From positions 186,001 through 250,000 of IMG/VR virus record IMGVR_UViG_3300028800_000001: 64,000 bases of DNA, one strand, 5' to 3'. The notes under the pieces are model-generated. The model saw nothing but the letters and a program-made list of their open reading frames with translations, had not been told where the DNA came from and made no database searches. Below are positions 28,618 through 38,881 of this stretch, piece by piece. The position numbers were made by a program, and so were the translations under genes. Position 1 is the first letter of the stretch. Each line of letters begins with the position of its first letter.

Positions 28618-28984
28618 AAATAAGAAGTTCACGTATGCATTGTCTACATCAGCCGCAAACGATGTGGTAGCGTGCATCGCCAGCAGCAAAGGTGTTGCAC
28701 CTTCTCTTCATAAACTTCTTTGTCAAAGGCCGATGGACGTTAACCGTTTATCCTCGCCGTCGCTTGCGAGGCACCTTTGGACACCCGTAATGCTCTTCTG
28801 TTGTACTTCCAAAAGAACTGCTAGAAATAACGTCAGTAGTCGCATTGTTTTTTCATGCTTTCGCATGACGGAATAAGTCACATGCGGGAGTCCCTTACTT
28901 CTCATGAATAAGTAGTGCGCATGCTAACACGACACAAACCTCCATACACTTTCTACTGACGGCTTGACCCATTACTGAGTCAAA

Positions 28985-29056
28985 TCTAGTTGGCTGGACT
29001 TGAACCAGCGACCTCTCGCGTCCGAGGCGAGTATGCTACCGCTGCACCACAACTAG
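28985..29056 (-). tRNA. tRNA-Pro(CGG)
   Basis: cloverleaf, CT-CGG-AC loop. Confidence 0.9.
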
Positions 29057-29061
29057 AGATA

Positions 29062-29153
29062 TTGGACACCCTGGATTCGAACCAGGACAGGTGATCAACC
29101 TGCTACTTCCATTTTCATGCCCAATTACAGCATAGTCTAGAATACTGCGTCCA
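29062..29153 (-). ncRNA. atypical tRNA-like RNA
   Basis: TGGACGC/GTGTCCA, CCTGG-TTCGAAT-CCAGG, extra hairpin; no canonical D or anticodon arms. Confidence 0.45.
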
Positions 29154-29209
29154 GCCCCCCATTTCCCATCAAAGGAACTTTGAATGAATAGCCAGGAGGA
29201 CACCGGCTA

Positions 29210-29259
29210 AGGACAGAGAAGGACTTGAACCTTCTGACACCCAAAACGTGTGCCTATCC
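29210..29259 (-). ncRNA. tRNA minihelix-like element
   Basis: acceptor plus T arm (TTCAAGT) with one short hairpin. Confidence 0.35.
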
Positions 29260-29270
29260 GCAAGAAACAA

Positions 29271-29345
29271 GGGTGACTATCCAGATTTGAACTGGAGTTA
29301 GGAGAGCCACAATCTCCTGTGTTAGACCACTACACTATAGCCACC
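29271..29345 (-). tRNA. tRNA-His(GTG)
   Basis: cloverleaf, TT-GTG-GC loop, G-1. Confidence 0.9.
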
Positions 29346-29891
29346 AAGAGTATTAGCGTCGCTTCTCTTTCGCTTCGCTGATCTTTCGATACGCGTCTCT
29401 TCGCGTATCGTTGACCGTATCAATAACAGCGATCACGCTATCAGTTCCGACATATTCTACAACGAAGAACTTTGGGCACTTCGCACTATTCTGTTCAACC
29501 GCCTCGTAAATGATATAGCCATCACGCATCGTGTACGAGCTGTACTTCATCGCGCCCTTATCGGTTTCCTGGGCTTCCTCGAAAACGGCGAACGGGATGC
29601 GCGCCCCTTCTTGTAACGTAATCATCATTTTCTCCTGCAACTGCCTGGAACGCTCGTGCGCATGACTCACTGCACACATACACTTTTTTCTCTGGTGCCC
29701 CTGGTACGCCAAAATCACCGTAGATAACAGCGTAAACGTACGCAAGCCCAATCCAGACGCGTCCAAAGTGTCCTTGTCTGCACGCTGCGCAGCGATGATA
29801 AAAATGCCACTGCGACAGCCCTTCGACCCACAGACGCCCATATAAATACTCTGTCATGCACGCCTCTTTCAAAATTGTGTAAAAATAAAGC

Positions 29892-30040
29892 CCCACACCC
29901 TCTGATTCGAACAGAGATACTTGCTGTCTGGTATCAGCAGAACGAAAAGCGGTATGCAGTCTTGTCCTCTGTAGAGGAAGAGAAAGTGATACCATGCCTG
30001 CTTCGCTCAGCAAACGTTTTACCGTTTAAACTAGGTGGGT
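29892..30040 (-). ncRNA. tRNA scaffold with ~75-nt insert in anticodon arm
   Basis: canonical D arm GTTT-AAACGGTA-AAAC, TTGCTG/CAGCAA stem, T arm CTCTG-TTCGAAT-CAGAG. Confidence 0.6.
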
Positions 30041-30115
30041 AAGAGAGAAGAACAACATTGCTTTTTACATTGCTATACTCTTCGCCATTATGGACCCCGT
30101 TGTTCTTCTTTTTAG

Positions 30116-30171
30116 AGTATAGCGCATCACGCTTTGAATTGTCAAGACTTATTTCTCTGTATTTTCAGAAA
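30116..30171 (-). promoter_or_regulatory. sigma70-type promoter with TTCTGAAAA box (upstream of tRNA cluster)
   Basis: TTGACA-18-TATACT. Confidence 0.75.
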
Positions 30172-30718
30172 CCGTGTACTCTTCGATCAGGCCACGCCTG
30201 CGAGCATTGTGTATTTCGATATAGAGGTCTGACGGCTCTTCAACCGTGATAAAAACGTAACAGTAACCAACCTCTCGAAAGAGATCGTACTTCAGCGTAG
30301 GATAGGTACCAGCGAGCTTTTCTAACCAGGGCATTGTGCGCTCGTATGCTTCGCCAGCAACGCTAACACGAAAACTATAAAGTGTGCTCTGCATGAACGC
30401 GTCCTTTCTTAATAAAGATATTTTGCGGCGAGGATTGCAATCTCTTCTGAGAGGTTATTTTCGGTAACCGCGATACGCTGTGCCTGGAGATATCCGCCCC
30501 TTTTAAAAGCGAAGGCGAAACCAAGACGCTCTAGCTCGTGACGGATCGCCACATAATCTTTGCCTGCGACCATTCTATCGGAGCCCGATTGAAATTGGCG
30601 GTAACACGCGGCCATTGCTGCAAGCATTGGTTTAACCCAATCGTTTTGTGATTTGATTTGAAGCGCGTTCATCTTTTTCTCCTTGAATAATGTTTTCGTT
30701 TATTTCTTCTATAGAGGA

Positions 30719-30773
30719 AGTATAGCGCACTCGTCTCCGTCCGTCAAGGGTTATTTCTCTGTATGTTCAGAAA
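30719..30773 (-). promoter_or_regulatory. sigma70-type promoter with upstream box
   Basis: TTGACG-17-TATACT, TTTCTGAACATA. Confidence 0.75.
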
Positions 30774-31292
30774 CAATTTGATACCGACCATCTATAAAGC
30801 GAAATACTAAAGGGCGAGAGCGGTGCGCGCCACGTCGTGCGGTCTTGGAAAAGAGCTTTTTCCCTTCCTGCTCTGCTCTGAGAGCGTGCTTGCTCTTCTG
30901 GCGTGCGGTATGCTTCACACTTTTGCCACCGCGCTGCTTGCTGGTACTGTCGTGACCTGGGCAGCAGTTCATTTGCTGCCCATCTTTGCCGTAAGGCTTC
31001 ATTCGTTCTCCCCTTCTACTCAGCGTAGTCGTCGTACACGCACACCACGAAATCAGCATCCAAATCCGACTGATCAACTATGCACTGACCGTATTTTTTG
31101 ATTAACGCTTTAAAAGCTTTCAAATCAGCAACTTCGATATAACCGTTTTTTGCACCGTTCAATTCTTCGAAGTGGATTTCTAACGAGATAGAATTTAAGA
31201 ATATTTTCATGACCGTTTCTCCTTGACTGTTCTTAACTACAAAAGCGCGTCCCAATCGAGGAAGAAGTTTTTCGTTTATTTCTTATACACGA

Positions 31293-31347
31293 AGCATAGC
31301 GCAATCAAAGAGAAACGTCAAGTCTTTTTTCATGAGTTTTTCAGAAT
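31293..31347 (-). promoter_or_regulatory. sigma70-type promoter with upstream box
   Basis: TTGACG-17-TATGCT, TTCTGAAAA. Confidence 0.7.
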
Positions 31348-31705
31348 AGTATTTTTTCTCTGAAAATGTCTTTTCCGCCACAGACGAACAATGCCTTTGC
31401 GGTGACACCAGTAGAACACGCCATCCTCTCGTATCCAATTAAAAGCCAGGGAGAGCGGCTTTGAGAGGAAGTCTAGGGTGCTGTAGACGGCGTCTCGCTC
31501 TATAGACCTGAGTACTGGTACAAAGCGCTCCCTGAGCTCCTCCTTGCGTCCACTTTGCATTTCCCAACGTGCGGTGGGACTCTGCAAAACATTGAGCCAC
31601 ATAATCCACACGAGACGTAAAATCTCATAGACTTCTTTGACTATCCAGACTACGAACATTAAGAGAAAGGCGATACCGAGAAGCACTAAAGAGAGGTGGA
31701 TAATA

Positions 31706-32227
31706 TTATTCATGGTCTTTCACACGCTCCTGCAACATTTCGCGCATCCAGGCGCGGTCTTTTTCATTACTATGCTGTAGCATCCAATGCGGCCATGTAT
31801 AAAACGGACCATCAGGCGAGAATGCATGTGCACTATAAGGAAAACGCTTCTCGCCCACCGGCCAATACTCACCCACATAGGTGCCAGAAGGGGTATCTTT
31901 GCGAATATTATAAATGTAGTATTCGTGAGAACTATCGCTGCGCTCCCAGAGCACAAAGGTTCCCGATTGATACATGGTTTGCTCTTGCGACGAAGCGTCT
32001 TTTTCAAACTGATCATTTTTATAACGATACTTTTTGCGCTCCACGTCGCTCTTGAGCAGTACAAGATAATAGGTAGACGGTTTTGCACGTCTACGATAAA
32101 AAATGAGGGGAAGCAGCGCGCCACCTGTTTCTTTTGCAAAGGTATTCGCGGCCTCTTTGGCACGTCCATATTTTTGAAACGTTTCCGCGCTTTCATAGTT
32201 TCCTTCTTCAGTAATTGTCCAGCGCAT
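31706..32227 (-). CDS. hypothetical protein
   Basis: 173-aa ORF with AAGGA RBS. Confidence 0.6.
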   Translation of the reverse strand: MRWTITEEGNYESAETFQKYGRAKEAANTFAKETGGALLPLIFYRRRAKPSTYYLVLLKSDVERKKYRYKNDQFEKDASSQEQTMYQSGTFVLWERSDSSHEYYIYNIRKDTPSGTYVGEYWPVGEKRFPYSAHAFSPDGPFYTWPHWMLQHSNEKDRAWMREMLQERVKDHE

Positions 32228-32665
32228 AATTATTTCCTTTTATGCAATTGCAAATCGAAAAACATCACTAACGCTCCTGCTCCAAGGCAAAGCGTAAGCA
32301 ATGTTCCTATACATCCATAAAGTATATGATCAAGACTAGAAAACTCAGAAATGGAAACTCCCAAGTAAGTGAATATTCCAAAGGCGAGCGCTCCTGCAAT
32401 CATAATAAACATGGATGCGAAAGCAAGCCAATACCTTTTGCTAGATTCGACACGAAGAGGTGGAGAGTAATTATCCCAGAGCTTTCTCGCTACTTTCCTC
32501 CATCTTCCTAGATATGCTTTCTGCATCGCAGGCGTATCTTCCATGCCGAAAAGCTCAGCCCCTTCCTTGAAAGTTTCTACTAATCCTGGCACTATCTCTT
32601 TTTCCCAAAACTTTTCAAACTCTTCATTCATTATCATCTCCATTCTTGAATTATCATTTCAGTAA

Positions 32666-33142
32666 TTATCCAGCGCATAGCTCTGCCTCCTGCTCTATCA
32701 CCCGCCATACGTGGCGAAGTATCTTTGGATAGTTATGTTTTGTTTTCGTTCTATGAAGATAGACTAAATGCGCTATCGCTTCAGACTGCGTACAACGATC
32801 AGCCTGTGGATAGGTAGCTGACGGCTCATAAATCATGCCACGATGCCCATCAAAGACATCCTGAAAGCCCTCAAAAGTAGCTGCGTACTCCAAGAGGGTT
32901 GGATGCTTTCGTAGGTACGCATGCCAGAGCAAGAGATAGTATTCATGCTGAATGATAATAGCGGGAATATAGGTGGCGTCCAGTAAAAGGAAGGTGGCCT
33001 GCTCTCCTTTGGGCTTTTTATAGGGATAGCCATTCTCGTTACGTTTAGCATCTTGATACCATTGTTCAATCGTGCGTACTCCAAGATAGGCATAAAGCGC
33101 ACTAAAGCGATGATCGCCTTTGGAATCGCATCGTAAAATCAT
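32666..33142 (-). CDS. possible NADAR-like protein
   Basis: SKGDHRFSALYA...TIEQWYQxxK...LWxxYLRxHPxLL pattern resembles NADAR fold. Confidence 0.35.
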   Translation of the reverse strand: MILRCDSKGDHRFSALYAYLGVRTIEQWYQDAKRNENGYPYKKPKGEQATFLLLDATYIPAIIIQHEYYLLLWHAYLRKHPTLLEYAATFEGFQDVFDGHRGMIYEPSATYPQADRCTQSEAIAHLVYLHRTKTKHNYPKILRHVWRVIEQEAELCAG

Positions 33143-33486
33143 GCCAGCACCTCGCAATAGCACTCTGGCGGAAACGGAAGCGTGTTCGCATCATCATCTT
33201 CATGCAAACTTGTCCAGTTGCACGCGGCACATACCGGATAACTCCCTGCAAACTCTTTCCAGGGCTCCTGCACTATCTCTTGTTTACCGCAGCGTGGGCA
33301 CTTCCCCTGCTCCAGACAAGATGTACACGGATACTGTTTTAATTCTCCCCAATAGTCTTTGCTATAGGTAAATCCATCGGCACCGCAGGCAGTGCAATAG
33401 TCTGGATAGCGGCTTTGGAACCGTGTCTTGCGCGCTCGTGCGATGCCTGCGTATTTGCGGCAGAGCGCGCTATGCGTCTTATTCAT
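33139..33486 (-). CDS. Cys-rich Zn-finger protein
   Basis: YPDYCTACG..PCTSC..GKCPRC; paralog of 47493-47960. Confidence 0.6.
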   Translation of the reverse strand: MNKTHSALCRKYAGIARARKTRFQSRYPDYCTACGADGFTYSKDYWGELKQYPCTSCLEQGKCPRCGKQEIVQEPWKEFAGSYPVCAACNWTSLHEDDDANTLPFPPECYCEVLA

Positions 33487-34057
33487 AGCGGATTATTCCA
33501 TCCTCTTTCCTTACTGGGACATCGTAATCAAAAGGCATTGCAAACCCTTCGTGCAGCCGCACCTGTTCCAGGTAATATTGCATGTACGTTGTTGTGCGTG
33601 CCTGAAGGCCAAGGTAGAGGTACATCCCAAGCGTGTCTGCTGGATCGGGCTGCTTCGTTTCTGTAACAAAGGCGTCGCGCTCTTCTTCATAGCCGAAGGC
33701 AGAAGCCAATTGCGCGAGTGCGGCGCGCTTCTCGTCTTCGTAGGAACTGCGTAGCCCCATCACGAGTGCCTCATACATCTCGCCGCGTGCTTTGGCAATT
33801 TCATGCGTAAAGCGGTTGGCAAAATACTCCATAAGCCCTGAATCATTATCATAGCGAAAGTTCGGAGAGTATTTCAACTCCTCTTGATAACGCTCTTCAT
33901 CGCCGCTGTCGGCATACATATCTTTCACAAACATCTGTCGATCTGACTGCTCAGGCAGCACCTCTTGCAAATCAAAGTCGTTGCAGCCGTGATTGCTAAA
34001 TCGGTCAGACGCCAGATCAAGCAGCGCAACTAACACTTTCTTCTCGTAGTATTTCAT
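33479..34057 (-). CDS. hypothetical protein
   Basis: 192-aa ORF. Confidence 0.6.
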   Translation of the reverse strand: MKYYEKKVLVALLDLASDRFSNHGCNDFDLQEVLPEQSDRQMFVKDMYADSGDEERYQEELKYSPNFRYDNDSGLMEYFANRFTHEIAKARGEMYEALVMGLRSSYEDEKRAALAQLASAFGYEEERDAFVTETKQPDPADTLGMYLYLGLQARTTTYMQYYLEQVRLHEGFAMPFDYDVPVRKEDGIIRYE

Positions 34058-35199
34058 GTTTCTGTTCTTCTTTCTTTTTTAGAATACTTGTACACAGTTC
34101 TTCAAATTGGTCGGAAACTGCTTCAGCGGCCTCCAGGCCAGCACTTTTCTCTACGGCTTCAAGAGCGACCAGGATCGCACGCATTTCTTCAAAGGTAACT
34201 CCTCTGCTCCATGCGGCACACCAGGAAGTTTGCCAATACGCACGAAGGAATTCCATTGTATGTATTCTTCCTCCTTCTACAAACTGTACCAGATCTTTGC
34301 TATCGTACTCACGTCACGAAAGTGAAACCACGCTAAAAGCTTCGCACCATCGCCTGAACCTTCAGTTGCCACATCATTATTCTGAAGTGCCCAAAAGCGA
34401 AACGTGTGACCACCAACAAGATCTTCTACAATATACTGTACATCCCCAATCCAGGTCTGCGCCTTATTTCCAGCACTACGTGCCAGGGCAACACGCATCG
34501 CGACACCGTCCGGCTTGCTTTCGTTTCGCATTAGTATTGCTCCTCATCTTTCAGAACCCAAATTCCATCTTCACCTAGTATTTTCACTTTTCCTGGCACC
34601 ATCAATTCATCATCCGGCTCATCGAGCGCCCCCAATCCGTGTATAGGACCATAGAGATCAACTTCATTGAGACGTGCAAAGATTTGAAATGCTTGCCCCA
34701 TTTGCAGCATCTCATTGTGACCTCCATCAGCAATATATAAAAGCATCTCTTCTCCTTCTAAGAAGAGAAAGGAAACGCCGGTCTTCCTGTGAAAGAAGAC
34801 GCCAAGATGCCTGAGTGTTTCTGGCATTTCGCCACGCGACCACATATACGTAGCATAAAAGGTCTGCTCACCGTACTCTTGTGCTACCTTTCTCTGTAAA
34901 CTGTTCTTTTCCATTTTTGCTCCTTGTTGGAATTAATTAATTAATTATTTTTTCTTGAACGCGAGAAAATTATTTTTTAAAATTAATTAATTACGCGAGT
35001 TCACGTTCAAGTTCAATACGTCCACGCTCAATCGTGGTATAGATACGATGCTGGTCTTCCAAAATCGCTCGTAAGTCCATCATGCGATAATAGGCTGCTC
35101 CACGCACGTCGGGAGACAGCCCATTATCATTGACGACCACCATCAGCTTTTGGACGCGCTCAAAGAGCTCTTGCTGCTGTGCGGTCATACTCATGCTCC

Positions 35200-35712
35200 T
35201 TATACGTAGACGACCACGAGTATTCCGGCAACCGGATCAATAGAAACGATCTGAAATTCGGTTTCCAGCCAATCGTTCGGCAGAAAGTAATCCTTTATAT
35301 ACGAGCCTGGGGCAATAGAGCCTTGCTCGTATTGGTATTCATAGCCGTACTTACATACTCCTACAACCTGATCGTTGTTACTCATAATCTGGTTGTCAAG
35401 ATCGGCACGAGAAAACACTTCCACCGTCCAAAATTCCGAACAATTTTCATACCCGACCGACCATGTAGGGCAAGGGTTATGAACATCAGAACAAGGCAAT
35501 TTCGGCTGTGGCGCTGGCACAGAAGTGGCTGTTGGCTGTGTTGGAGGATCAACCAATGTTGGATTGACATCCGCATGCGCTGTTTTCACATTGACGGCCA
35601 AAGCGAGGAATAGAGAGACAAACAAAAGGGAAGCAAACACGATTTTCTTCAAATGAAGACTCCTCTCTGTATATGGAACATCCTTTCTATCAGAATAGCC
35701 CATTTTTCTCAA
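35200..35712 (-). CDS. secreted/exported protein
   Basis: signal peptide with AHA cleavage motif, P/T-rich linker. Confidence 0.55.
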   Translation of the reverse strand: MRKMGYSDRKDVPYTERSLHLKKIVFASLLFVSLFLALAVNVKTAHADVNPTLVDPPTQPTATSVPAPQPKLPCSDVHNPCPTWSVGYENCSEFWTVEVFSRADLDNQIMSNNDQVVGVCKYGYEYQYEQGSIAPGSYIKDYFLPNDWLETEFQIVSIDPVAGILVVVYV

Positions 35713-35744
35713 GGAGTCAACATTTTTCTTATCATTTTCAGAAG
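35692..35744 (-). promoter_or_regulatory. sigma70-type promoter with upstream box
   Basis: TTGACT-17-TATTCT, TTCTGAAAA. Confidence 0.65.
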
Positions 35745-35869
35745 AAAGTCCATTCCCAGATTCCCCGATTCCCCACTTTTTTGAAGAAGCGTATTTTTTC
35801 TTGCAAAAGGCAGAATTTTCTTCTACAATGGGACATCTCTAGTCGCCTACCAACGAAACGGACAAGCCT

Positions 35870-36226
35870 ATGTCAACGACAGACAATCTTTTCTCTTCTT
35901 ATCCCAATACGGATAAAGAGACAGTTCCCAGCTCTCTTGCGCTCCTCCAGCGCATTGAGTTTGAGCAGTATCTTGCCCACGACTTGAAAAAATATTATTA
36001 TGCACAGCTCGCTATCCACGGCGTCCTGCTGCTCTGGCTTCTCGCCCTCATCTTACTCTTTATTTTAAATATTGGCAGGGAGTTGCTTTTCTTCTGCGCG
36101 GCAATCGCGGTCCTTGTTCTTCTGCTCTCGCTGTGCATCACGCACTTCTACCACGAAGCTGTGAAAAGCAAAGACCGCTATGAACGGCTGGTTAAAGACT
36201 TAAATACCCGTTCACGAAACCAGTGA
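35870..36226 (+). CDS. two-TM membrane protein
   Basis: 118 aa; TTGCAA..TACAAT promoter upstream. Confidence 0.6.
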   Translation: MSTTDNLFSSYPNTDKETVPSSLALLQRIEFEQYLAHDLKKYYYAQLAIHGVLLLWLLALILLFILNIGRELLFFCAAIAVLVLLLSLCITHFYHEAVKSKDRYERLVKDLNTRSRNQ

Positions 36227-36696
36227 TGAAACAATTGATCGTCTCTTTGTGGGTATAACATTCAAGCGCCTGGAAAAACGCGGCATCAATGAGCGTCTTC
36301 CCTAAAATTAGTTTGCCCTTCTTCTCGTGATACTTGCGTAGCTCCAGGCCGTAGGCAATGCCTACCTTCCAAATGTCTTGTTGTCGATTCAAGGCCAGCA
36401 TCTTCGTGCTCCTTTCAAAAACAACCGCAGAATGCGGCGTTTACTCTTCTTCTTTTCCTAACATTTTCTTCAAGCGCGCTATTTTGCGTACCACACACCA
36501 CTCTTCATGACTGTGATCAAGCTCCCTGCGAAAGCTTTTGCGCACGTGGCAACAGCCACACTCATAGCGCGACATCGCCGCATTCTGATACACAATCGCC
36601 TGATCCAAATCCGCAAGAATTTCCAGGCCAAGTGTGGCCTGTGCCTCTTTTTCTTTGTCCATGCATTTTTCCTTCACTTTTCTTGACTTCCCACTT

Positions 36697-36751
36697 AGTA
36701 TAGGCCAGTGCCGAAAAGAAGTCAAGAAAAAGTTCATTGTATTTTCAGAAA
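36697..36751 (-). promoter_or_regulatory. sigma70-type promoter with upstream box
   Basis: TTGACT-17-TATACT, TTTCTGAAAATA. Confidence 0.75.
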
Positions 36752-36754
36752 GAA

Positions 36755-37039
36755 TTAAAGGAGTCCTCCAGCTTGCTTGGCACGCTTAATCAGCTCACGC
36801 ATAAACTCATTACGATTCATGCGTGCACGCTTGCCCTCTGCACGCATTTGCTTTTTGTGATCCACCACCATGCCGTCAAGCGCATCAAGCAACTCGTCAT
36901 CGAGATAGAGCGTGACTTTCTCTTTCAGTTTTACCTTTTTACCGTTCTGCGGTTGTACCGGTATGACATCATTGTCTTGGAACCGCGCCTGCTGCTCTTT
37001 AACAGCTACATCCCAGGCTGACGGCTTGCGTTTGTTCAT
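36755..37039 (-). CDS. ParG-like ribbon-helix-helix partition adaptor
   Basis: KVTLYLDDEL..ALD..MNRNEFMRELI; overlaps parA stop. Confidence 0.7.
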   Translation of the reverse strand: MNKRKPSAWDVAVKEQQARFQDNDVIPVQPQNGKKVKLKEKVTLYLDDELLDALDGMVVDHKKQMRAEGKRARMNRNEFMRELIKRAKQAGGLL

Positions 37040-37806
37040 TGGCGCACCCTTTCTCCCAGACGCACTGAGTCCTGAATAAGCAGTGTTGCCAGATCATCCC
37101 ATAGAACACCAAGAGAAGGATCAATATCAAAGATGTCTGTTTGGAAGCGCACTGCCCTTTTGTAGTCAGTCTTACGTGGCACTGGCGTTTCATAGACGAG
37201 CTTGCCGTATTGTCTGCGAATACTGGTCAGGCAATCCACGTCTTCTTTCTCGCGTGAGCTAAAGAGTGTGGGTAAAATGTACCAGGGATAGAGCTCTTTA
37301 TTGAGCTCAGTGTCATGCACATCTTTGATGTGTCCAAGAATATAAGGAAGGGTGCGGATCGCCATCACTTCACAGGCCACCGGAATGAGGACACTATCAG
37401 CAGCAGTGAGTGCGATACGGGTAAGCACACCAAGCGTCGGTGGACAGTCCAGAATACAATAATCATAATCGGTTGCATATTCGCGCAACCTTCTACGTAA
37501 CGAATGCTCAAAATTGGTTTTCGATGGCAATTCAATTTCGGCTGCGGCCAAGTCCAATGTGGTTGGCAGAAGATGTACAAAACGCCCAAGAGGGAAGGGC
37601 ACAATCTTCACGCCACTGATAATAAGATCATACGTGGTTTCCTTGAGGTCAACGGGCCTCACAAAGTATTCTGTGAGCGAGCTCTGTGGATCAAGATCAA
37701 CCATCAAGACACGCTTGTCCTGACGCGCTAGCGCAGCAGAGAGGCTGACGGTTGATGTGGTCTTCGTCACTCCCCCCTTCTGGTTGGCAATCGCATATAC
37801 CTTCAT
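37036..37806 (-). CDS. parA: ParA/Soj family ATPase
   Basis: NQKGGVTKTT deviant Walker A, DLDPQ, ILDCPP. Confidence 0.93.
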   Translation of the reverse strand: MKVYAIANQKGGVTKTTSTVSLSAALARQDKRVLMVDLDPQSSLTEYFVRPVDLKETTYDLIISGVKIVPFPLGRFVHLLPTTLDLAAAEIELPSKTNFEHSLRRRLREYATDYDYCILDCPPTLGVLTRIALTAADSVLIPVACEVMAIRTLPYILGHIKDVHDTELNKELYPWYILPTLFSSREKEDVDCLTSIRRQYGKLVYETPVPRKTDYKRAVRFQTDIFDIDPSLGVLWDDLATLLIQDSVRLGERVRQ

Positions 37807-37847
37807 ATAGGTTTCCTTTCTTTATTCTTTAGATACACGTTTTACAT

Positions 37848-38717
37848 CTAACTCGCTTTGTAACGGAGCCAAGACTTTACTCTTGGATGTGCTTGATGAT
37901 AACGTTCCAAATCATTGAAAATTTCTTTTTTACGCTCCAAACACACTGTCGATCCGGTATACAAAAATTCAGAGAAAACAAGAAGGTTCTCTCTCCTCCC
38001 TGATAATGGTAAGAAGAATGCGTTTGACTGCTGATTGCGATATATGCACAATGTCTCAATGCCGCGCTCCTCTAATTCTGTTTTCAATCTTTCTAAGAAC
38101 GATTGGCTTCCACCAATGAAACGGCAGATAGTTTCTGTCCAATTACTTCCGCCATTTTTCCTGTGACGTTGATAGACTGTTCCATCGCCATCAAAGTATC
38201 CTCGAATGTATGCCGATAATAAATGCTCAGGAAAATCAGTGGGCCAGGATAGTTGCAACGTCTTGTTTGGAACAATGCCCCAACGAGCAAGAGCCGTTGC
38301 AAGTGGAGGATCATAAAGACACAGTATAGCTGCGCTAGAGCCTCCCTTTCCTCCAAAGCGAATAGCAGATTTTGATCCCACGCCATCTCGAAAATTCTTC
38401 ATATGATCTGCATCAGATTGTTGGAGATGAAGTTGTACTCTTATACTATTCTTCCCGTCCTCATAGATACAACCATCAGCGGCAAGAAAGCCTATCCAAT
38501 AAGCATGCCAATCATCAGAAACATCGAGAAACCCAGACGAGTCTATATAATTTCTCTTAATATAGTGTCCATGCGGATTTTGCTCAATTTCATGCACTTT
38601 CATATGCTTCGATATTGTTGACTCAGCATACCCTGTGGCTCTGGAAATTTCCCTTATGCTCTCCCCGCCAACGGCATATCGCTCGTAAAGAGATTCTTTC
38701 GTAAGCGACTCCCTCAT
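37848..38717 (-). CDS. free-standing LAGLIDADG homing endonuclease with N-terminal HTH
   Basis: YWIGFLAADG and YIRGYFDGDG motifs. Confidence 0.88.
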   Translation of the reverse strand: MRESLTKESLYERYAVGGESIREISRATGYAESTISKHMKVHEIEQNPHGHYIKRNYIDSSGFLDVSDDWHAYWIGFLAADGCIYEDGKNSIRVQLHLQQSDADHMKNFRDGVGSKSAIRFGGKGGSSAAILCLYDPPLATALARWGIVPNKTLQLSWPTDFPEHLLSAYIRGYFDGDGTVYQRHRKNGGSNWTETICRFIGGSQSFLERLKTELEERGIETLCIYRNQQSNAFFLPLSGRRENLLVFSEFLYTGSTVCLERKKEIFNDLERYHQAHPRVKSWLRYKAS

Positions 38718-38852
38718 AATAACCTTGCCGCGCTTGCAGTATCCATTTTCAACAGGCATCATAGTGCCCCTGGTTGGCAATCGCATATACTTTCATACAT
38801 ATTTCCTTTTCATGTAAATTTTACCGTGAAGCGGTTTTACCGTTCTACTGGT

Positions 38853-38881
38853 AGAGTACACAAAAAGGTTCAACCTGTCAA
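38853..38881 (-). promoter_or_regulatory. par operon promoter with downstream TTTTACCGT repeats
   Basis: TTGACA-17-TACTCT; repeats at 38819-38846. Confidence 0.6.

Noticed and set aside
27716-28905. ORFs overlapping the tRNA cluster (27716, 27931, 27959, 28047, 28471, 28532, 28723)
   Set aside because: They coincide with tRNA and structured RNA elements; likely spurious
37848-38770. LAGLIDADG as part of an intein or group I intron in parA
   Set aside because: No splicing motifs, own stop codon, downstream parA has a complete start, and flanks are too short for a ribozyme core
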